Source of the DNA: an uncultured Bacilli bacterium
Lineage (GTDB): Bacteria > Bacillota_I > Bacilli_A > RFN20 > CAG-826
Direction: 5' to 3'
Assembly: GCA_944336335.1 (NCBI GenBank)
Contig: CALVLC010000036.1
Span: forward strand, 1-56,421
DNA: 56,421 bases
Each line of letters opens with the position of its first letter. The stretch's first letter is position 1. Both the position numbers and the translations under genes were made by a program. The notes beneath the pieces were generated by a model. It saw only the letters and a program-made list of their open reading frames with translations. It was not told the origin of the DNA and ran no database searches. This document shows positions 19,464-30,842 of the stretch, piece after piece.

Positions 19464-20411
19464 TTAGCAAATTTTTACATCAAAAATCTTCGTTTTTGTC
19501 GATAAATTACGTGTATTTTTAAGATCTTGAATCACTTCTAAAACATAATTACACATCATGTCAGTTGGAGCCTTTACGCTTTTTATATGTTTACAAAGTG
19601 AAATATAACTTGACACACCATCAAAACCATAAATTGTGTAATTTTTATAACCAGCTTTTTTAAGTTTTGTAATCACTTCATTTGCAATCATATCGCAATA
19701 AGCGAATATAAAATCATATTCTTTATTTAAAATTATACTTAAGTAATCGAAGTCATTGTTGTAACCAATGACAAGTTTATCTACATTTAAATTGTTTTTG
19801 TTTAATATCGAAGTAAAACCTTCTTCTCTTCTTTGGCTTGCTTCGACATCTTCCCAAGTGATATAGCAAACTTTTTTACGTTCGAGTTTTAGACATTCTT
19901 TGGCAATCAATTCTCCGCCCATTTTATCATCACTATAAACTGAGCAAATTCCAGGATAACGGCTTTGCAACCCATATAATATAACTGGAAAATTATTATT
20001 TTGAATGAAGTTATAGGTTTCTAAAGTTAAATCTTGAAAAGATATAACAGCCTGTACTTGATAATTTAAGAGGGTTTTTAAAACCTCAAAATCTAAATAA
20101 CCAGAATCAGTCAAAATTGTAATTGGCATATAACCAGCTGCTTTTAAAACTTTAATTAGTCGATCGATATTAATTGAATAGTAAGGATTTAAAAGATCAC
20201 AAGTTATTATCCCGATAAATTTAGAAATATTTTGTCTTAATAAGATTGAGGTATTGTTAGGAATGTAGTTCATTTCTTTTGCTTTAAGTCGAACCTTTTC
20301 CTTTAATGACTCACTGATATCAGAACAATCCCTTAAAGCACGTGAAACAGTATTTTTGCTTACTCCAAGTTCTTTTCCAATGTCTTCTAGACAAACTCTT
20401 TTGTTTTCCAT
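19464..20411 (-). CDS. LacI-family transcriptional regulator
   Basis: LEDIGKELGVSKNTVSRAL HTH; YIPNN hinge; periplasmic-binding-fold C-terminus (IYGFDG). Confidence 0.92.
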   Translation of the reverse strand: MENKRVCLEDIGKELGVSKNTVSRALRDCSDISESLKEKVRLKAKEMNYIPNNTSILLRQNISKFIGIITCDLLNPYYSINIDRLIKVLKAAGYMPITILTDSGYLDFEVLKTLLNYQVQAVISFQDLTLETYNFIQNNNFPVILYGLQSRYPGICSVYSDDKMGGELIAKECLKLERKKVCYITWEDVEASQRREEGFTSILNKNNLNVDKLVIGYNNDFDYLSIILNKEYDFIFAYCDMIANEVITKLKKAGYKNYTIYGFDGVSSYISLCKHIKSVKAPTDMMCNYVLEVIQDLKNTRNLSTKTKIFDVKIC

Positions 20412-20518
20412 ATATGTTATTCTAACATTAAAATTTAATATAACTAGCCTTATTTAATTAAAGGAAGTTGCTAGTAAACTCTATTTAAATTCATTATAGA
20501 ACCAATAAAAACCTATCT

Positions 20519-21010
20519 TTATAGATACTTTTCAATATAAGAATGGACTGCAGCGGCTCCTGAATAAACTTCATTTATTTTAGCTTCACTTATTTTAAAT
20601 AACATTGGAGTTCCGATTAAGTAAACTTCTTTAATATCGCTCACCCCAATCATTTCTTTGTTCATCTCAGCGATATCGTCTTTAGTAAAATTTTCTTTTA
20701 CTTTCTTAAACTTTGTAAACTCTTCTTCAGATAAATTTTGAGCGCCTAAAGTGTAGACTTTGTATTCTGAATTTTCTATAAAAGTTGAAATATCGCCTTT
20801 CATTTGAGTGCACAGATTGCAAAACAAACTATAATAATAAATATAATAAGTTTCTTCCTTCTGAGTGAAAAACCCTGCAGAATCGATATTATTTTCTCCA
20901 TTAAAAAAGGATTTATCAAACCAATTTACTTTTTCTTTTGCACATGAAGTCATTGTTAAAACAGCCCCTAAAAGTAAAATTCGTTTCGTAAATCCCTTAA
21001 TGCTTAGCAC
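20519..21010 (-). CDS. Thioredoxin-fold lipoprotein
   Basis: Likely GTG start at 21010 after GAGG; MTSC lipobox; YYYSLFCNLC CxxC; IGTPMLFKI cis-Pro region. Confidence 0.68.
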   Translation of the reverse strand: MLSIKGFTKRILLLGAVLTMTSCAKEKVNWFDKSFFNGENNIDSAGFFTQKEETYYIYYYSLFCNLCTQMKGDISTFIENSEYKVYTLGAQNLSEEEFTKFKKVKENFTKDDIAEMNKEMIGVSDIKEVYLIGTPMLFKISEAKINEVYSGAAAVHSYIEKYL

Positions 21011-21986
21011 TACTTTTTTCCTCTTTTTCCATTTCTTCATAGTTTTCATATATTGTAGAAGTCGCTTTATCTACGCATATTTCATTTGAAGAAATATCAA
21101 TTAAACTTCTTCGATCCTTATTAACAAAAATCACAATTATGTTAATAAGAAGAGGAATTAAAAATAAGTAAACAGAAATTGTATTTAAAATCAAAACAAC
21201 AATCGAACGCATGACTTTATTTGATATATGAACCTTATAACCATCCCTTGTTGAATAGCAAAGTTTTAAAAAATGCATAAACATAGTTTCACTATTTTTG
21301 TTAAGCATAATTGGTAAAATCATAACAATCAAAGTAGCGATTGCTGTTGAAATCATAATTTCAATTCTTTCAGCAACCTGAATTTGAGCTTGAATATTAT
21401 TAAAAGCTTCTGAAGTATCAGAAAAATCATTCAAAGCGTTAAGATAAACTCCATCAGTATTACTCATAAAGTAAGTTTCAATTGCTGAAACATATCCTTC
21501 ATCATCTTTTGAAACTTCTTCACCAGTATTTCGATCGATTACTGTATCAAGTAAAACATAATCATCAATTGTCGAGTCAATTGATGGAATAGAAAAAACA
21601 TCGCTTTTTAAGCTTTCTTCATCAAACTCAAAAAATTCAGTATTAAATTCTTTCCAACTCTTATCTTCACTTTCTTTATATTCAAAATAATAATAAGAAA
21701 TAACTTCTTTAAATTCTTCCACAGATTCATTTAAATTTTCTTTATCAAAAGAAATCAAATCAGCTGCATAAATTTCATTATTACTATTTCTAGAGATTAC
21801 AAAAAGATGAGTTTTTTCTTGCTCTTTAAATGTTTGAAGCTTTAAATCAGCATTGTGAAAGCCAATGTCCACTATTCCTCTAGAAAATAAAGTAAAGAAA
21901 GCAAGAGCGACACCAAATACGAAAAGATAGTCCAAAATACCAGCAATTATCCTTTTCCAAATCTTTCCGTAAAAAATATCGCCCAT
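20997..21986 (-). CDS. RDD-family membrane protein with large extracytoplasmic insert
   Basis: N-terminal WKRIIAGILD and C-terminal RRSLID RDD-type motifs with TM helices. Confidence 0.75.
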   Translation of the reverse strand: MGDIFYGKIWKRIIAGILDYLFVFGVALAFFTLFSRGIVDIGFHNADLKLQTFKEQEKTHLFVISRNSNNEIYAADLISFDKENLNESVEEFKEVISYYYFEYKESEDKSWKEFNTEFFEFDEESLKSDVFSIPSIDSTIDDYVLLDTVIDRNTGEEVSKDDEGYVSAIETYFMSNTDGVYLNALNDFSDTSEAFNNIQAQIQVAERIEIMISTAIATLIVMILPIMLNKNSETMFMHFLKLCYSTRDGYKVHISNKVMRSIVVLILNTISVYLFLIPLLINIIVIFVNKDRRSLIDISSNEICVDKATSTIYENYEEMEKEEKSSAKH

Positions 21987-22001
21987 GCTAAATATTACAA
22001 A

Positions 22002-23540
22002 CTAGAATATAGTTTTGTTGGAATAATCATCAAATAAGTGAATTTTTTCGACATTAAATACTAAATCAAGTTTAGCATTTTGAGCAATCTTACGATCATT
22101 GTCGATACGAGCAATAAACTCTTTATCATTTAATTCACCATGGATGTAATATTCGTTTCCAAGTAATTCTGGTATTTGAACATCAAGGCTGAAAACTGGT
22201 GAAGCTTCTTTAAATAAAGCTTTATTTTCCGCAAGTTCAATATGCTCTGGTCTGATACCAAAAGTGCAATCGAAACCATCTCTTAAACAATTTTCATAAT
22301 TTGCAATTAAATCATTCAATTCTTTTAAGAGTTTTTCTTTCACTTCATCAAATGTTGGCAATTCATTCTTTTTGAAAAGATTTTTGATGTTAAATTGATT
22401 TGTACCTTTTAAGACAGCTTTTGAAACAGCTAAGTGGGCTTTAATTTCAGATTGAGCGTCAGTTGTATATTCTGAAGTCTCTTCACTTGATTTTTCAGCA
22501 TCTAAAGATTTTAATTGATCTTTATCAATTTTATGTGGTAAAAGTTCAACTTCATAATTGATGTTAGCGATTCTATCTTTTAAAGTTGCAATTTCTTTTT
22601 CAAAGAAACTCTTAATTGCTTCTTGTTTTTCTGCACTTAATTTAAAGGAATAGCCATCTTTAAAAGTAACAACGCCATTTTCGTAATGTGCATCCAACAT
22701 ATTCATAGATGGTGTTCCAATAAATGTAGCAACAAATTTATTAGATGGATTTGAATAAATTTCTTCTGGTGTTCCAATTTGTTGAACGTGACCTTTACTC
22801 ATAACAACAATTCTACTAGCCATAGTCATAGCTTCAGTTTGGTCATGGGTAACATAAATTGTTGTAGCATTTAATCTTTGATGAAGTTTAACAATTTCAC
22901 TTCTCATAGTGACACGAAGTTTAGCATCAAGGTTAGATAAAGGTTCATCCATTAAGAATAATTTTGCATTTCTAACAATAGTTCTACCTAAAGCAACTCT
23001 TTGCATTTGACCGCCACTAAGTTGTCTTGGTTTACGATCTAATAATTGAGTTAAATCTAGGATTTCTGCAGCGTTTTTGACTCGTTTATCGATTTCTTCT
23101 TTATCAACATGTCTCATCTTTAGACCAAAAGCCATGTTATCATAAACGGTCATGTGTGGGTAAAGAGCATAACTTTGGAAAACCATAGCAATGTCTCTTT
23201 CTTTTGGCGTTAAATTGTTAGAATAAATTTGATCAATATATAAATCACCTGCTGTGATATCTTCAAGACCAGCAATCATTCTTAAAGTTGTTGATTTACC
23301 ACAACCAGATGGACCAACAAAGACGATAAATTCATTCTTGCTAATTTCAATATTAAAATCATAAACAGCATGAAAGCCATTTGGGTAAACCTTATTAATG
23401 TACTTTAAAGAGATAAAGGATTTAATATTAGGGTTACGTAATTTTTCTAATTTTGATTTTAATAAAGACTCTTCATCAACTACAGTTTCTTCTGTAGTTT
23501 CATTCATTTCATTATTAGATTTTTTAAATAAGTTTTTCAT
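22002..23540 (-). CDS. Sugar ABC transporter ATPase (MalK/MsmX type) with a long insertion
   Basis: [53 protein letters not shown]. Confidence 0.93.
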   Translation of the reverse strand: MKNLFKKSNNEMNETTEETVVDEESLLKSKLEKLRNPNIKSFISLKYINKVYPNGFHAVYDFNIEISKNEFIVFVGPSGCGKSTTLRMIAGLEDITAGDLYIDQIYSNNLTPKERDIAMVFQSYALYPHMTVYDNMAFGLKMRHVDKEEIDKRVKNAAEILDLTQLLDRKPRQLSGGQMQRVALGRTIVRNAKLFLMDEPLSNLDAKLRVTMRSEIVKLHQRLNATTIYVTHDQTEAMTMASRIVVMSKGHVQQIGTPEEIYSNPSNKFVATFIGTPSMNMLDAHYENGVVTFKDGYSFKLSAEKQEAIKSFFEKEIATLKDRIANINYEVELLPHKIDKDQLKSLDAEKSSEETSEYTTDAQSEIKAHLAVSKAVLKGTNQFNIKNLFKKNELPTFDEVKEKLLKELNDLIANYENCLRDGFDCTFGIRPEHIELAENKALFKEASPVFSLDVQIPELLGNEYYIHGELNDKEFIARIDNDRKIAQNAKLDLVFNVEKIHLFDDYSNKTIF

Positions 23541-23554
23541 ATCTAACTTGTCTC

Positions 23555-25354
23555 CTATTTTACAAGAGTGATTAATGGAGAAACTAAATCATTAATCTTT
23601 TTAATTTCTTCAACATCAACTTTTGGTTTTCGATCATAAGTTAATAAACCATTAATTTCATGTTCAACATCATAAAGTTGAGTATAACAATAACCAACTA
23701 AACTCGTTGAATTATTAATTGCTTTATAAATTCTTGTTAATTCATCGATATAATCTTTTTCATTTTTAACTGTAGTATATCCCCAGTTTTTGTCTCCATC
23801 AGAAACGAAACTTACTCCTCCAAATTCGGTAAGCAAAACTGGTACTTCATCATTATGATAACCTTCAAGGAAAATATCTCTTCCTGCAGGTTTTGAACTA
23901 ACTAAACTTTCTCTATCTTTTAAGCTTTCTTCAAAAGTTGTATTAACTTTAAAATCACCTTTTTCACCATGACGATAATTGTGGATTGAACAAAGGTCAG
24001 TTTTTGACATTTCCCAACCATCATTTCCAACACATAATCTTGATGAATCAAGGGAATGAGTTAAATGATATAAAGAATTTTGGAATTCAACTTCTTTTGG
24101 ATCGGTTGGTAAATGTGGAACGCCCCAAGATTCGTTTAATGGTACATAAACTAAAATTGATGGGTGATTGTAATTTTGTTCAACAATAGTTGACCATTCT
24201 TTTAAGATCGCATCTTGTGTAAATTTATTAAATAATTGAGCAGCTGGTAATTCAAGCCAAGCAATAAAGCCAAGTTTATCACAAAGATAGTAATAATATG
24301 GGTCTTCAATTTTTTGGTGCATTCTTCCGCCATTAAATCCCATCTTTTTAGCAAGAACGATATCATTTTCTAAGTCTTTAACATCTTTATAAGAAAGGAT
24401 ACCTTCTCTAAAATAACCTTGAATTAGCACTAATTTTTGATAAAAAGGACGATTATTGAGGAAGAACATTCCATTTTTATAATGAACTTTTCTCATTGCA
24501 AAGTAAGTTGAAATTTCATCAACTACTACATCACTTTTTATAAGTCTAATTTTTAAATCATAGAGTACAGGATTATTTGGTGTCCAGCATAATGATTCAT
24601 CATGGAAACAACCAGAATAAACATCTTCATTGTTCCAAACCTTTAAAGTTTCTTTAGTAAGATAAGCATTTTCGCCTTTTGCTACTCTTACTTTATTGAT
24701 TGTTTTTCCTTTGAAGATAATTTCATATTCAATCCAGTCATAATCACCAACTGTATTTAACTCAACATCTAGTGTTCCTTTATCAATGTCACTAGTTAAA
24801 TAAAATTCATCGATATAAGAATCATTCAATTCTTCTAAATAGACACTTTTATAAATACCACTTGTTCTAGTATAAAAAATTCCTTCTCCATGGTCTTTCC
24901 AATATTGCTTACCACGTGGGAAATCTTGTCTTATACCATTGTCATAACAATAAACTGTTAATTTATTTTTACCACTTTTAACAAAGTCAGTAATGTCAAC
25001 TTTAAATCGAGTTGAGGCACCAGTGTGACTTGTAACTAAATGACCATTAATAAAAATTTCTGAATAATAATCAACACCATTAAAATTTAATATATAGCGT
25101 TTATTATCAATTGGTTTAACTTCAAATTCTCTTTCGTACCAAATATGATCATGACGTGTTACATCTCCAATTTGACTAAGTTTTGATTCAAATGGAAATG
25201 GAACAATAATTTTTTTAGAGAACTTGTGTTCGTTAAACCATTTTTCTTTATGACCAATGTTTCTGTCATCAAATTCAAAATCCCATTCTCCATTAAGGTT
25301 AACTAAATTTGAGTTTCTTAATAAATATGGTCTTGGATTTTCACTTCTTAACAT
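23555..25354 (-). CDS. GH2-family glycosidase
   Basis: [78 protein letters not shown]. Confidence 0.9.
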   Translation of the reverse strand: MLRSENPRPYLLRNSNLVNLNGEWDFEFDDRNIGHKEKWFNEHKFSKKIIVPFPFESKLSQIGDVTRHDHIWYEREFEVKPIDNKRYILNFNGVDYYSEIFINGHLVTSHTGASTRFKVDITDFVKSGKNKLTVYCYDNGIRQDFPRGKQYWKDHGEGIFYTRTSGIYKSVYLEELNDSYIDEFYLTSDIDKGTLDVELNTVGDYDWIEYEIIFKGKTINKVRVAKGENAYLTKETLKVWNNEDVYSGCFHDESLCWTPNNPVLYDLKIRLIKSDVVVDEISTYFAMRKVHYKNGMFFLNNRPFYQKLVLIQGYFREGILSYKDVKDLENDIVLAKKMGFNGGRMHQKIEDPYYYYLCDKLGFIAWLELPAAQLFNKFTQDAILKEWSTIVEQNYNHPSILVYVPLNESWGVPHLPTDPKEVEFQNSLYHLTHSLDSSRLCVGNDGWEMSKTDLCSIHNYRHGEKGDFKVNTTFEESLKDRESLVSSKPAGRDIFLEGYHNDEVPVLLTEFGGVSFVSDGDKNWGYTTVKNEKDYIDELTRIYKAINNSTSLVGYCYTQLYDVEHEINGLLTYDRKPKVDVEEIKKINDLVSPLITLVK

Positions 25355-25374
25355 AATTAACTAACTACCCTTCT

Positions 25375-26244
25375 TTATTTAATTCCAGTTCTTGATACAC
25401 CTTCAATAATGTATTTTTGAGCAAAACAATAAACAACCATTACAGGAATTGCGCTAATAACAGCACCAGCAAGAGGAGTTGCATCACCTCCACTAATACC
25501 ACTAACAAGTTTAGCAAGTCCAACTGGAAGTGTAATGAGTTGGTTTCCTTCTTTTGAATCTTGAATTAATAAGGATGCTTGAGTTGGCATTAAGTAGTCG
25601 TTCCAGCTTCCTAAGAAAGCAAAGATTGCTGAAACAAATATTGCACTTTTGCCCATTGGTAAAACTACTTTAAAGAAAATTTGGAAATTACTACAGCCAT
25701 CAACTTTACATGCTTCGATTAATTCATTAGGAATTCCAAGGAAGAATGATCTAATAATAAATAAGCCAAATACACCACCAAGTCCTGGAAGAATTAAAGC
25801 AAGATAATATCTAAAATCATCAACACCTAATAAACCCATATTAAATAAGAGTTCGTAGTTAGGTAAGAATGTGGCAATACCAGGAATCATCATTGAAGAA
25901 AGAATAATTGTAAAAACAATATTTTTTCCTTTCCATTTGATGAAAACGAGAGCATATGCAGCAAAAGAAGCAATAATTAAATATAAAATTGTTTGAACGC
26001 TAGCAATAATAAGTGAGTTAAGCATCCATCTAAAAATTGGATATTCACTTCCTAAAAGAAAAGCATAGTTATTCCATGTAAAGTTTTCAATACTAGGGAA
26101 AAATTGATTAGCATCTGTATAAATATCTGGTTTAAAACTTGCGCCAACAGCCCAAATTAAAGGAATAATCCATAAAACGCCAAGTATTGTTAAACAAACA
26201 GTTGAAATAATACGAGCTGTTAAAATTGATTTTTTAGTTCTCAT
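25375..26244 (-). CDS. Carbohydrate ABC transporter permease (MalG-like)
   Basis: TM helices; IPNELIEACKVDG EAA loop; SWNDYL. Confidence 0.92.
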   Translation of the reverse strand: MRTKKSILTARIISTVCLTILGVLWIIPLIWAVGASFKPDIYTDANQFFPSIENFTWNNYAFLLGSEYPIFRWMLNSLIIASVQTILYLIIASFAAYALVFIKWKGKNIVFTIILSSMMIPGIATFLPNYELLFNMGLLGVDDFRYYLALILPGLGGVFGLFIIRSFFLGIPNELIEACKVDGCSNFQIFFKVVLPMGKSAIFVSAIFAFLGSWNDYLMPTQASLLIQDSKEGNQLITLPVGLAKLVSGISGGDATPLAGAVISAIPVMVVYCFAQKYIIEGVSRTGIK

Positions 26245-26246
26245 AA

Positions 26247-27251
26247 TTATTTAGCCCCTTCTTTTACATAAGCATGTTGCTTTTTGAAGATACGACGATG
26301 AGAATTAGATTTATCTCTTGTAACATAAAGTTGAATTAATGAAATTGCAACGATAAGTAAAGCAAAGAGAACGCACATTGCGCTAGCAATACCTGCAGTG
26401 CCGCTTCTTAAACTTGAAGTATGGATAAGTTGCAAGACTCTTTGAATGAAGACCATTGTTTGTTCGTTTGGTCCACCATTTGTAATTAAGTCAACTTGAC
26501 CATAAACGTTAAATGAAGCAATAAATGTTGTGATTGTACAAACAAGAATTTGGTTTCCAATTTGTGGTAATGTTACATAGAAAATTTGTTTAAATGGTGA
26601 GCAACCATCAATTGAGGCAGCTTCATATAAACTTTTATCGACTTGCTTTAATCCGGCGTTCATGATGACCATGTTGTTACCAACTGTCCACCAAACAGTA
26701 ACTATAACAAGAACAAACCAAGCACTCGCTAGATCACTTTCAAAGTTAAATCCTTTGATTAAGCCTCTTTCTGGATTAAAAACATATCTAAATAAAATAC
26801 AAACTGTTGAAACACTTAAAACATTTGGTAAGAAAAATAAAGCTCTGAAGAATGATTCTCCCCAAGGTTTTTGGTTCAAAAGTAAAGCCAAAATAAATGG
26901 CACAACAATTAAAAACGGAACTGTTAATAAAACAAAATAAAGGGTATGTAATAAACCCTCATCAAAATAAGTTTTATAAGTAGCAATATCTGCGTTTCCA
27001 ATTATTATGTCATGATAATTTTGCCATCCAACAAAGATACGATCAGGATTGCCAAAGTTGTAAGAATAAAAAGAATTGATAACACCTTGAATTATTGGAT
27101 AAACAAAAAACAAACAAAAGAAAAAAAGATATGGTCCAAAGAAAAGTAAAACTGTTCCATATCTAGAAAGCGTGGATTTTCTTTGATCGATTGTTTTTTG
27201 GGCTTCTATTCTTTGCTCAAATGTAAGTGCATTATTATTTACATTTTTCAT
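26247..27251 (-). CDS. Carbohydrate ABC transporter permease (MalF-like)
   Basis: FVGWQNY; LYEAASIDG EAA loop; likely ATG at 27251 after GGAG. Confidence 0.92.
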   Translation of the reverse strand: MKNVNNNALTFEQRIEAQKTIDQRKSTLSRYGTVLLFFGPYLFFFCLFFVYPIIQGVINSFYSYNFGNPDRIFVGWQNYHDIIIGNADIATYKTYFDEGLLHTLYFVLLTVPFLIVVPFILALLLNQKPWGESFFRALFFLPNVLSVSTVCILFRYVFNPERGLIKGFNFESDLASAWFVLVIVTVWWTVGNNMVIMNAGLKQVDKSLYEAASIDGCSPFKQIFYVTLPQIGNQILVCTITTFIASFNVYGQVDLITNGGPNEQTMVFIQRVLQLIHTSSLRSGTAGIASAMCVLFALLIVAISLIQLYVTRDKSNSHRRIFKKQHAYVKEGAK

Positions 27252-27269
27252 AAAATCTCCCATATAAGA

Positions 27270-27293
27270 GGGGTATTTTTAGAAAAATACCCC
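27270..27293. other. Intercistronic GC-rich hairpin between SBP and permease genes
   Basis: GGGGTATTTTT-AG-AAAAATACCCC, a perfect 11-bp inverted repeat. Confidence 0.7.
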
Positions 27294-27312
27294 AGTTTTG
27301 CACGTTTTTTTA

Positions 27313-28758
27313 TTAAATTCCAGTCATGTCCATCTTGACTTGGTCAAGACCATCATTATATAACTCAGCAAGCTTTTCATCGATTTGTGAATCGGTTGGT
27401 GCTGGTCCGTTTTGAGTGTTTGTAAAGTCTTTGACGTAAGTTGTAATTTGCCAAGATGGTGAGAAAGCAACATAACTATATTTATTTGGTTCAATGCATC
27501 TAAAGTTTTCAATATCACCAAATCCTTCTAAATGAGGAATAGCTTTATATTCATCACTTTCTCTTGCAGGAGCATAAGCTGCAATCTTACCTGATTTTGC
27601 CCAATCAGTTGAATGTTCTAACATCCACTTAATAAATTCCATTGAAGCTTGTTGTCTAGTTTCATTTTCACCATCATGGGTATTTTTTGGCATAACGAAA
27701 ATATGTCCATTTGTAGAAATATCACCAGTATAATCTGGGTTTGCAGTTGAGTTGAATAATGTTGAGGCAGGTAAGACATCAAATTCGTAATCCTTTTCAC
27801 CTGTTGTTTGGTGATTAATGAAGTCATTTAATAGCCAAATACCATCAAGATTAAATAAAGCTTTACCATCATAGAAATCTTGAAGACCGCCATCGGTAAC
27901 AATTCTTGGTTCAGAAACTTTTTCTTCATAGATTAATTCTCTTAATGATTGAGCTGTCTTTTTGGCTGCATCATTAACATAGACACCTGGTTGAGCAACA
28001 ACTACTCTACCATCAGATAATTTTTGATTTTCATCAAAATATTCATCGCCTTCTACAACAATTTCGTGTCCGCCATAATTATAGAAGCCATTTTGATAAT
28101 AATAAGTATCTGGATAACCAGTAGCAATTGGAAGACCAACATAGCCATTATCAACAGCAACTTTTGCGCATTCAATGACTTCTTCTCTATTAGTTGGCAT
28201 TTCAAGATCTAATTCTTCAAGTAAAGTTGTATTTACATAAAGACCTGCCATGTGTAAGTCAAAAGGAATACCATATTGGTGATCGTTGAAACGCATATTT
28301 TCCCAAATTTGAGGTGGAAAATCTTCAGCTTCAAGAGTGACTTTAGAAAGTTCCATAATGTCTTCTAATTCTCTAAAATAAGCACTTTCGCCTTCAACTC
28401 TTCCTTCTTGACCAGCAAATTGTAAAACGTGGTCAGCGTGAATTAACATAACATCAGCGTTTCTTCTAAATGATGTTAAGTTTGGTAATGAAGTGTATAA
28501 ATCATTTGGAGCAACAGAGTTAGCAACAACTTCAATTTTTCCTTCCCACTCTTCATTGAATTCATTAATTAGGTTAGTCAAATATGAGCTATCTGTGCCA
28601 GTAATAACGTGAGTAAATGTGATTTCAACATCTTCATAAACGATATTACCATCATCGTCTGTTGTTAATTTACCATCATCACCGCTACCACCACATGAAG
28701 CAAGTGTTGTGCCAATTAAAGCAAGAGCAGCTAAACTAAATAAAAATTTCTTTTTCAT
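27313..28758 (-). CDS. Carbohydrate ABC transporter solute-binding lipoprotein
   Basis: LASC lipobox; YGIPFD, FYDGKALF, DGIW and A.EFIKW family-1 SBP motifs. Confidence 0.9.
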   Translation of the reverse strand: MKKKFLFSLAALALIGTTLASCGGSGDDGKLTTDDDGNIVYEDVEITFTHVITGTDSSYLTNLINEFNEEWEGKIEVVANSVAPNDLYTSLPNLTSFRRNADVMLIHADHVLQFAGQEGRVEGESAYFRELEDIMELSKVTLEAEDFPPQIWENMRFNDHQYGIPFDLHMAGLYVNTTLLEELDLEMPTNREEVIECAKVAVDNGYVGLPIATGYPDTYYYQNGFYNYGGHEIVVEGDEYFDENQKLSDGRVVVAQPGVYVNDAAKKTAQSLRELIYEEKVSEPRIVTDGGLQDFYDGKALFNLDGIWLLNDFINHQTTGEKDYEFDVLPASTLFNSTANPDYTGDISTNGHIFVMPKNTHDGENETRQQASMEFIKWMLEHSTDWAKSGKIAAYAPARESDEYKAIPHLEGFGDIENFRCIEPNKYSYVAFSPSWQITTYVKDFTNTQNGPAPTDSQIDEKLAELYNDGLDQVKMDMTGI

Positions 28759-28781
28759 AATAAATTATTCTCCTTTAAGAA

Positions 28782-29849
28782 TTAATTTTTAAATACTGGA
28801 CCATCTTTTTCTTCTTCAAATGATGGTTCATAATTTTCAACATAAGGGAAGCCATTATCATCCCATTCAAGTTTATCGATATATAAATTTCTACCCATTG
28901 GGAACATAGCATCATATCCATGATAAACAATCCACCAATCATCGTTATCATCAACAATAATTGAGTTGTGTCCAGGGCCTGCAACGTATCTATTTCCTTT
29001 TACGACAAGTTCCCCTCTATCTTCCCCACGGAAGTCAACACCTTCAGCATCAACATAAGGACCAGTAATTGATCTACTTCTTGCAACTTTAACGTGGTAT
29101 GTAGAATTTGCACCATCACAACAAGTTCCTTGTGAAGCAAATAAATACCAATAACCGTCTTTCTTTCTTATATATGATCCTTCATAAGTTGCTCCATTCC
29201 AAGGGCCAACAACACCACCAATTAATATTTTATGACTATCTTCGATAGTGTATTTCAATCCAGTGCCATCCTCATTTAATGGAACAATATATAAGCCTTG
29301 GAAACTTCCCCAACTCATCCAAAGTTGTCCATCATCATCTGCGACAACGCATGGATCAATAGAGTTTTCAACACCAATTTCACCAGAATCAAACATTTTT
29401 CCATGATCTGTCCAAGGACCTTCAATATTATCAGCGGTCATATAACCAATTCCAGTTTCTTCAGTTGCGCCCCAGTTAGAATTTGAATAATAATAAATCC
29501 AAGTATCATTAACTTTGACAACATCTGGTGCCCAAATTGCACTTTGGCTAGGTCCCCAAGCTACTGTTCTAACAATTTTATTAAGTTCTTTAGGCCTTTT
29601 TGAAAATTCCTCAATTTTATATACATTTCCACCAGTGCAGAAAATATATACATCATTTCCAACTCTTACTGCTGTTGGGTCAGCGATATCAGAATTTGAT
29701 AAAGGATTTTCATATGAATTATCGATTTCTTCTGTTGGTTCATCTTTTCCTGGATCATCATCGTTTGGTGTAGAACCACCACCACAACTTGTAGTTGCAC
29801 ATAAGATGCTTGCAGTAAGTAAACCAACTTTAGCTAATTTATTTTTCAC
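28782..29849 (-). CDS. GH43-family glycosidase lipoprotein (arabinanase/furanosidase-like)
   Basis: GTG start overlapping the LacI stop; TTSC lipobox; ADP, WAPDV, SIDP, YEG and GPGHNS five-bladed propeller motifs. Confidence 0.9.
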   Translation of the reverse strand: MKNKLAKVGLLTASILCATTSCGGGSTPNDDDPGKDEPTEEIDNSYENPLSNSDIADPTAVRVGNDVYIFCTGGNVYKIEEFSKRPKELNKIVRTVAWGPSQSAIWAPDVVKVNDTWIYYYSNSNWGATEETGIGYMTADNIEGPWTDHGKMFDSGEIGVENSIDPCVVADDDGQLWMSWGSFQGLYIVPLNEDGTGLKYTIEDSHKILIGGVVGPWNGATYEGSYIRKKDGYWYLFASQGTCCDGANSTYHVKVARSRSITGPYVDAEGVDFRGEDRGELVVKGNRYVAGPGHNSIIVDDNDDWWIVYHGYDAMFPMGRNLYIDKLEWDDNGFPYVENYEPSFEEEKDGPVFKN

Positions 29850-30829
29850 TAATTATTACCTCTGTCTTTTTTATCTTCTAAACGAACGTTATAGCAAAGT
29901 GACAAGTGTCCTTTGCATTGATCTTTTTCACTGCTAATCATGCTGCTTACAGCCGCTTTAGCTATTGCGTCATAATCAAAGCCAATTGAAGGGATGTAAA
30001 CTGTTCCTTCAAGATTAGCATTTATTGCGTCATAACCAATAAATTTAATCTCATCGATATTTACATTATGTTTTTCTAGTATACTTTTTACTAAATAATA
30101 ATGTTCATCATTGTAGCAAAAGATGCCTATATTCTTATTCTCTTTAATAAAAGGAATATATTTTTCAAAGCATTCAATCATTACTTTTTTATATTTATTG
30201 GTTTTTAGTTTGTCACGAATATAATCTTTAAAACCTGAATATCTTCTTTCAGCACATTCACTGCCATTGATACCGACATAAATATAATTTTTAACACCAT
30301 ATTTAGATAGATATTCAGCTGCTAATTCACCACCATGATAATCATCAGTATAAATTTCATCACAATAATCATCATCAATGTGTCTACCTACTATTAATAA
30401 AGGAATCTTGTTAATTTTGACTACATCAAGAGATTCTTTAGTAGGTTCAACAAAAGAAATTATTCCATCAACTCTTTGATATATACATTCTTTAACAACA
30501 TCTACATTAAACTCATTTCCGAATAAAGGAATAATTACACCTAAATACCCTTCTTTTTTAAGATAGTATGTAAGTTTACTATTCATAATTGAGAAATAGA
30601 AATTTTGAATATTGTTAATAATTATTCCTATTAAATGAGAATCACTAGATTTCATTGAATAGAGAACAGAGTTAGGCAAATAGCCCATTTCAATGGCTTT
30701 TTGCCTAACTATTTTTTTGGTTTTTTCGGATATATCGTCACAATCACGAAGCGCTCTACTAACCGTATTAATGGATAGCTTCAACTCATAAGCAATAGTT
30801 TTTAAACAAGCGCTTTTCTTATATCCCAC
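29849..30829 (-). CDS. LacI-family transcriptional regulator
   Basis: LKTIAYELKLSINTVSRAL HTH; GYLPN; FIGYD. Confidence 0.92.
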   Translation of the reverse strand: MGYKKSACLKTIAYELKLSINTVSRALRDCDDISEKTKKIVRQKAIEMGYLPNSVLYSMKSSDSHLIGIIINNIQNFYFSIMNSKLTYYLKKEGYLGVIIPLFGNEFNVDVVKECIYQRVDGIISFVEPTKESLDVVKINKIPLLIVGRHIDDDYCDEIYTDDYHGGELAAEYLSKYGVKNYIYVGINGSECAERRYSGFKDYIRDKLKTNKYKKVMIECFEKYIPFIKENKNIGIFCYNDEHYYLVKSILEKHNVNIDEIKFIGYDAINANLEGTVYIPSIGFDYDAIAKAAVSSMISSEKDQCKGHLSLCYNVRLEDKKDRGNN

Positions 30830-30842
30830 TTTAACTAATTAC

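Noticed and set aside
29515-29937. 140-aa plus-strand ORF, plus other short antisense or alternate-frame ORFs (e.g. 6358, 6493, 8917, 9393, 10153, 15068, 16999, 19093, 20865, 23986, 26662, 27324, 27618, 28024, 28775, 29298, 32194, 34325, 40237, 49140, 49764)
   Set aside because: All are nested in longer motif-bearing genes and have no independent support.
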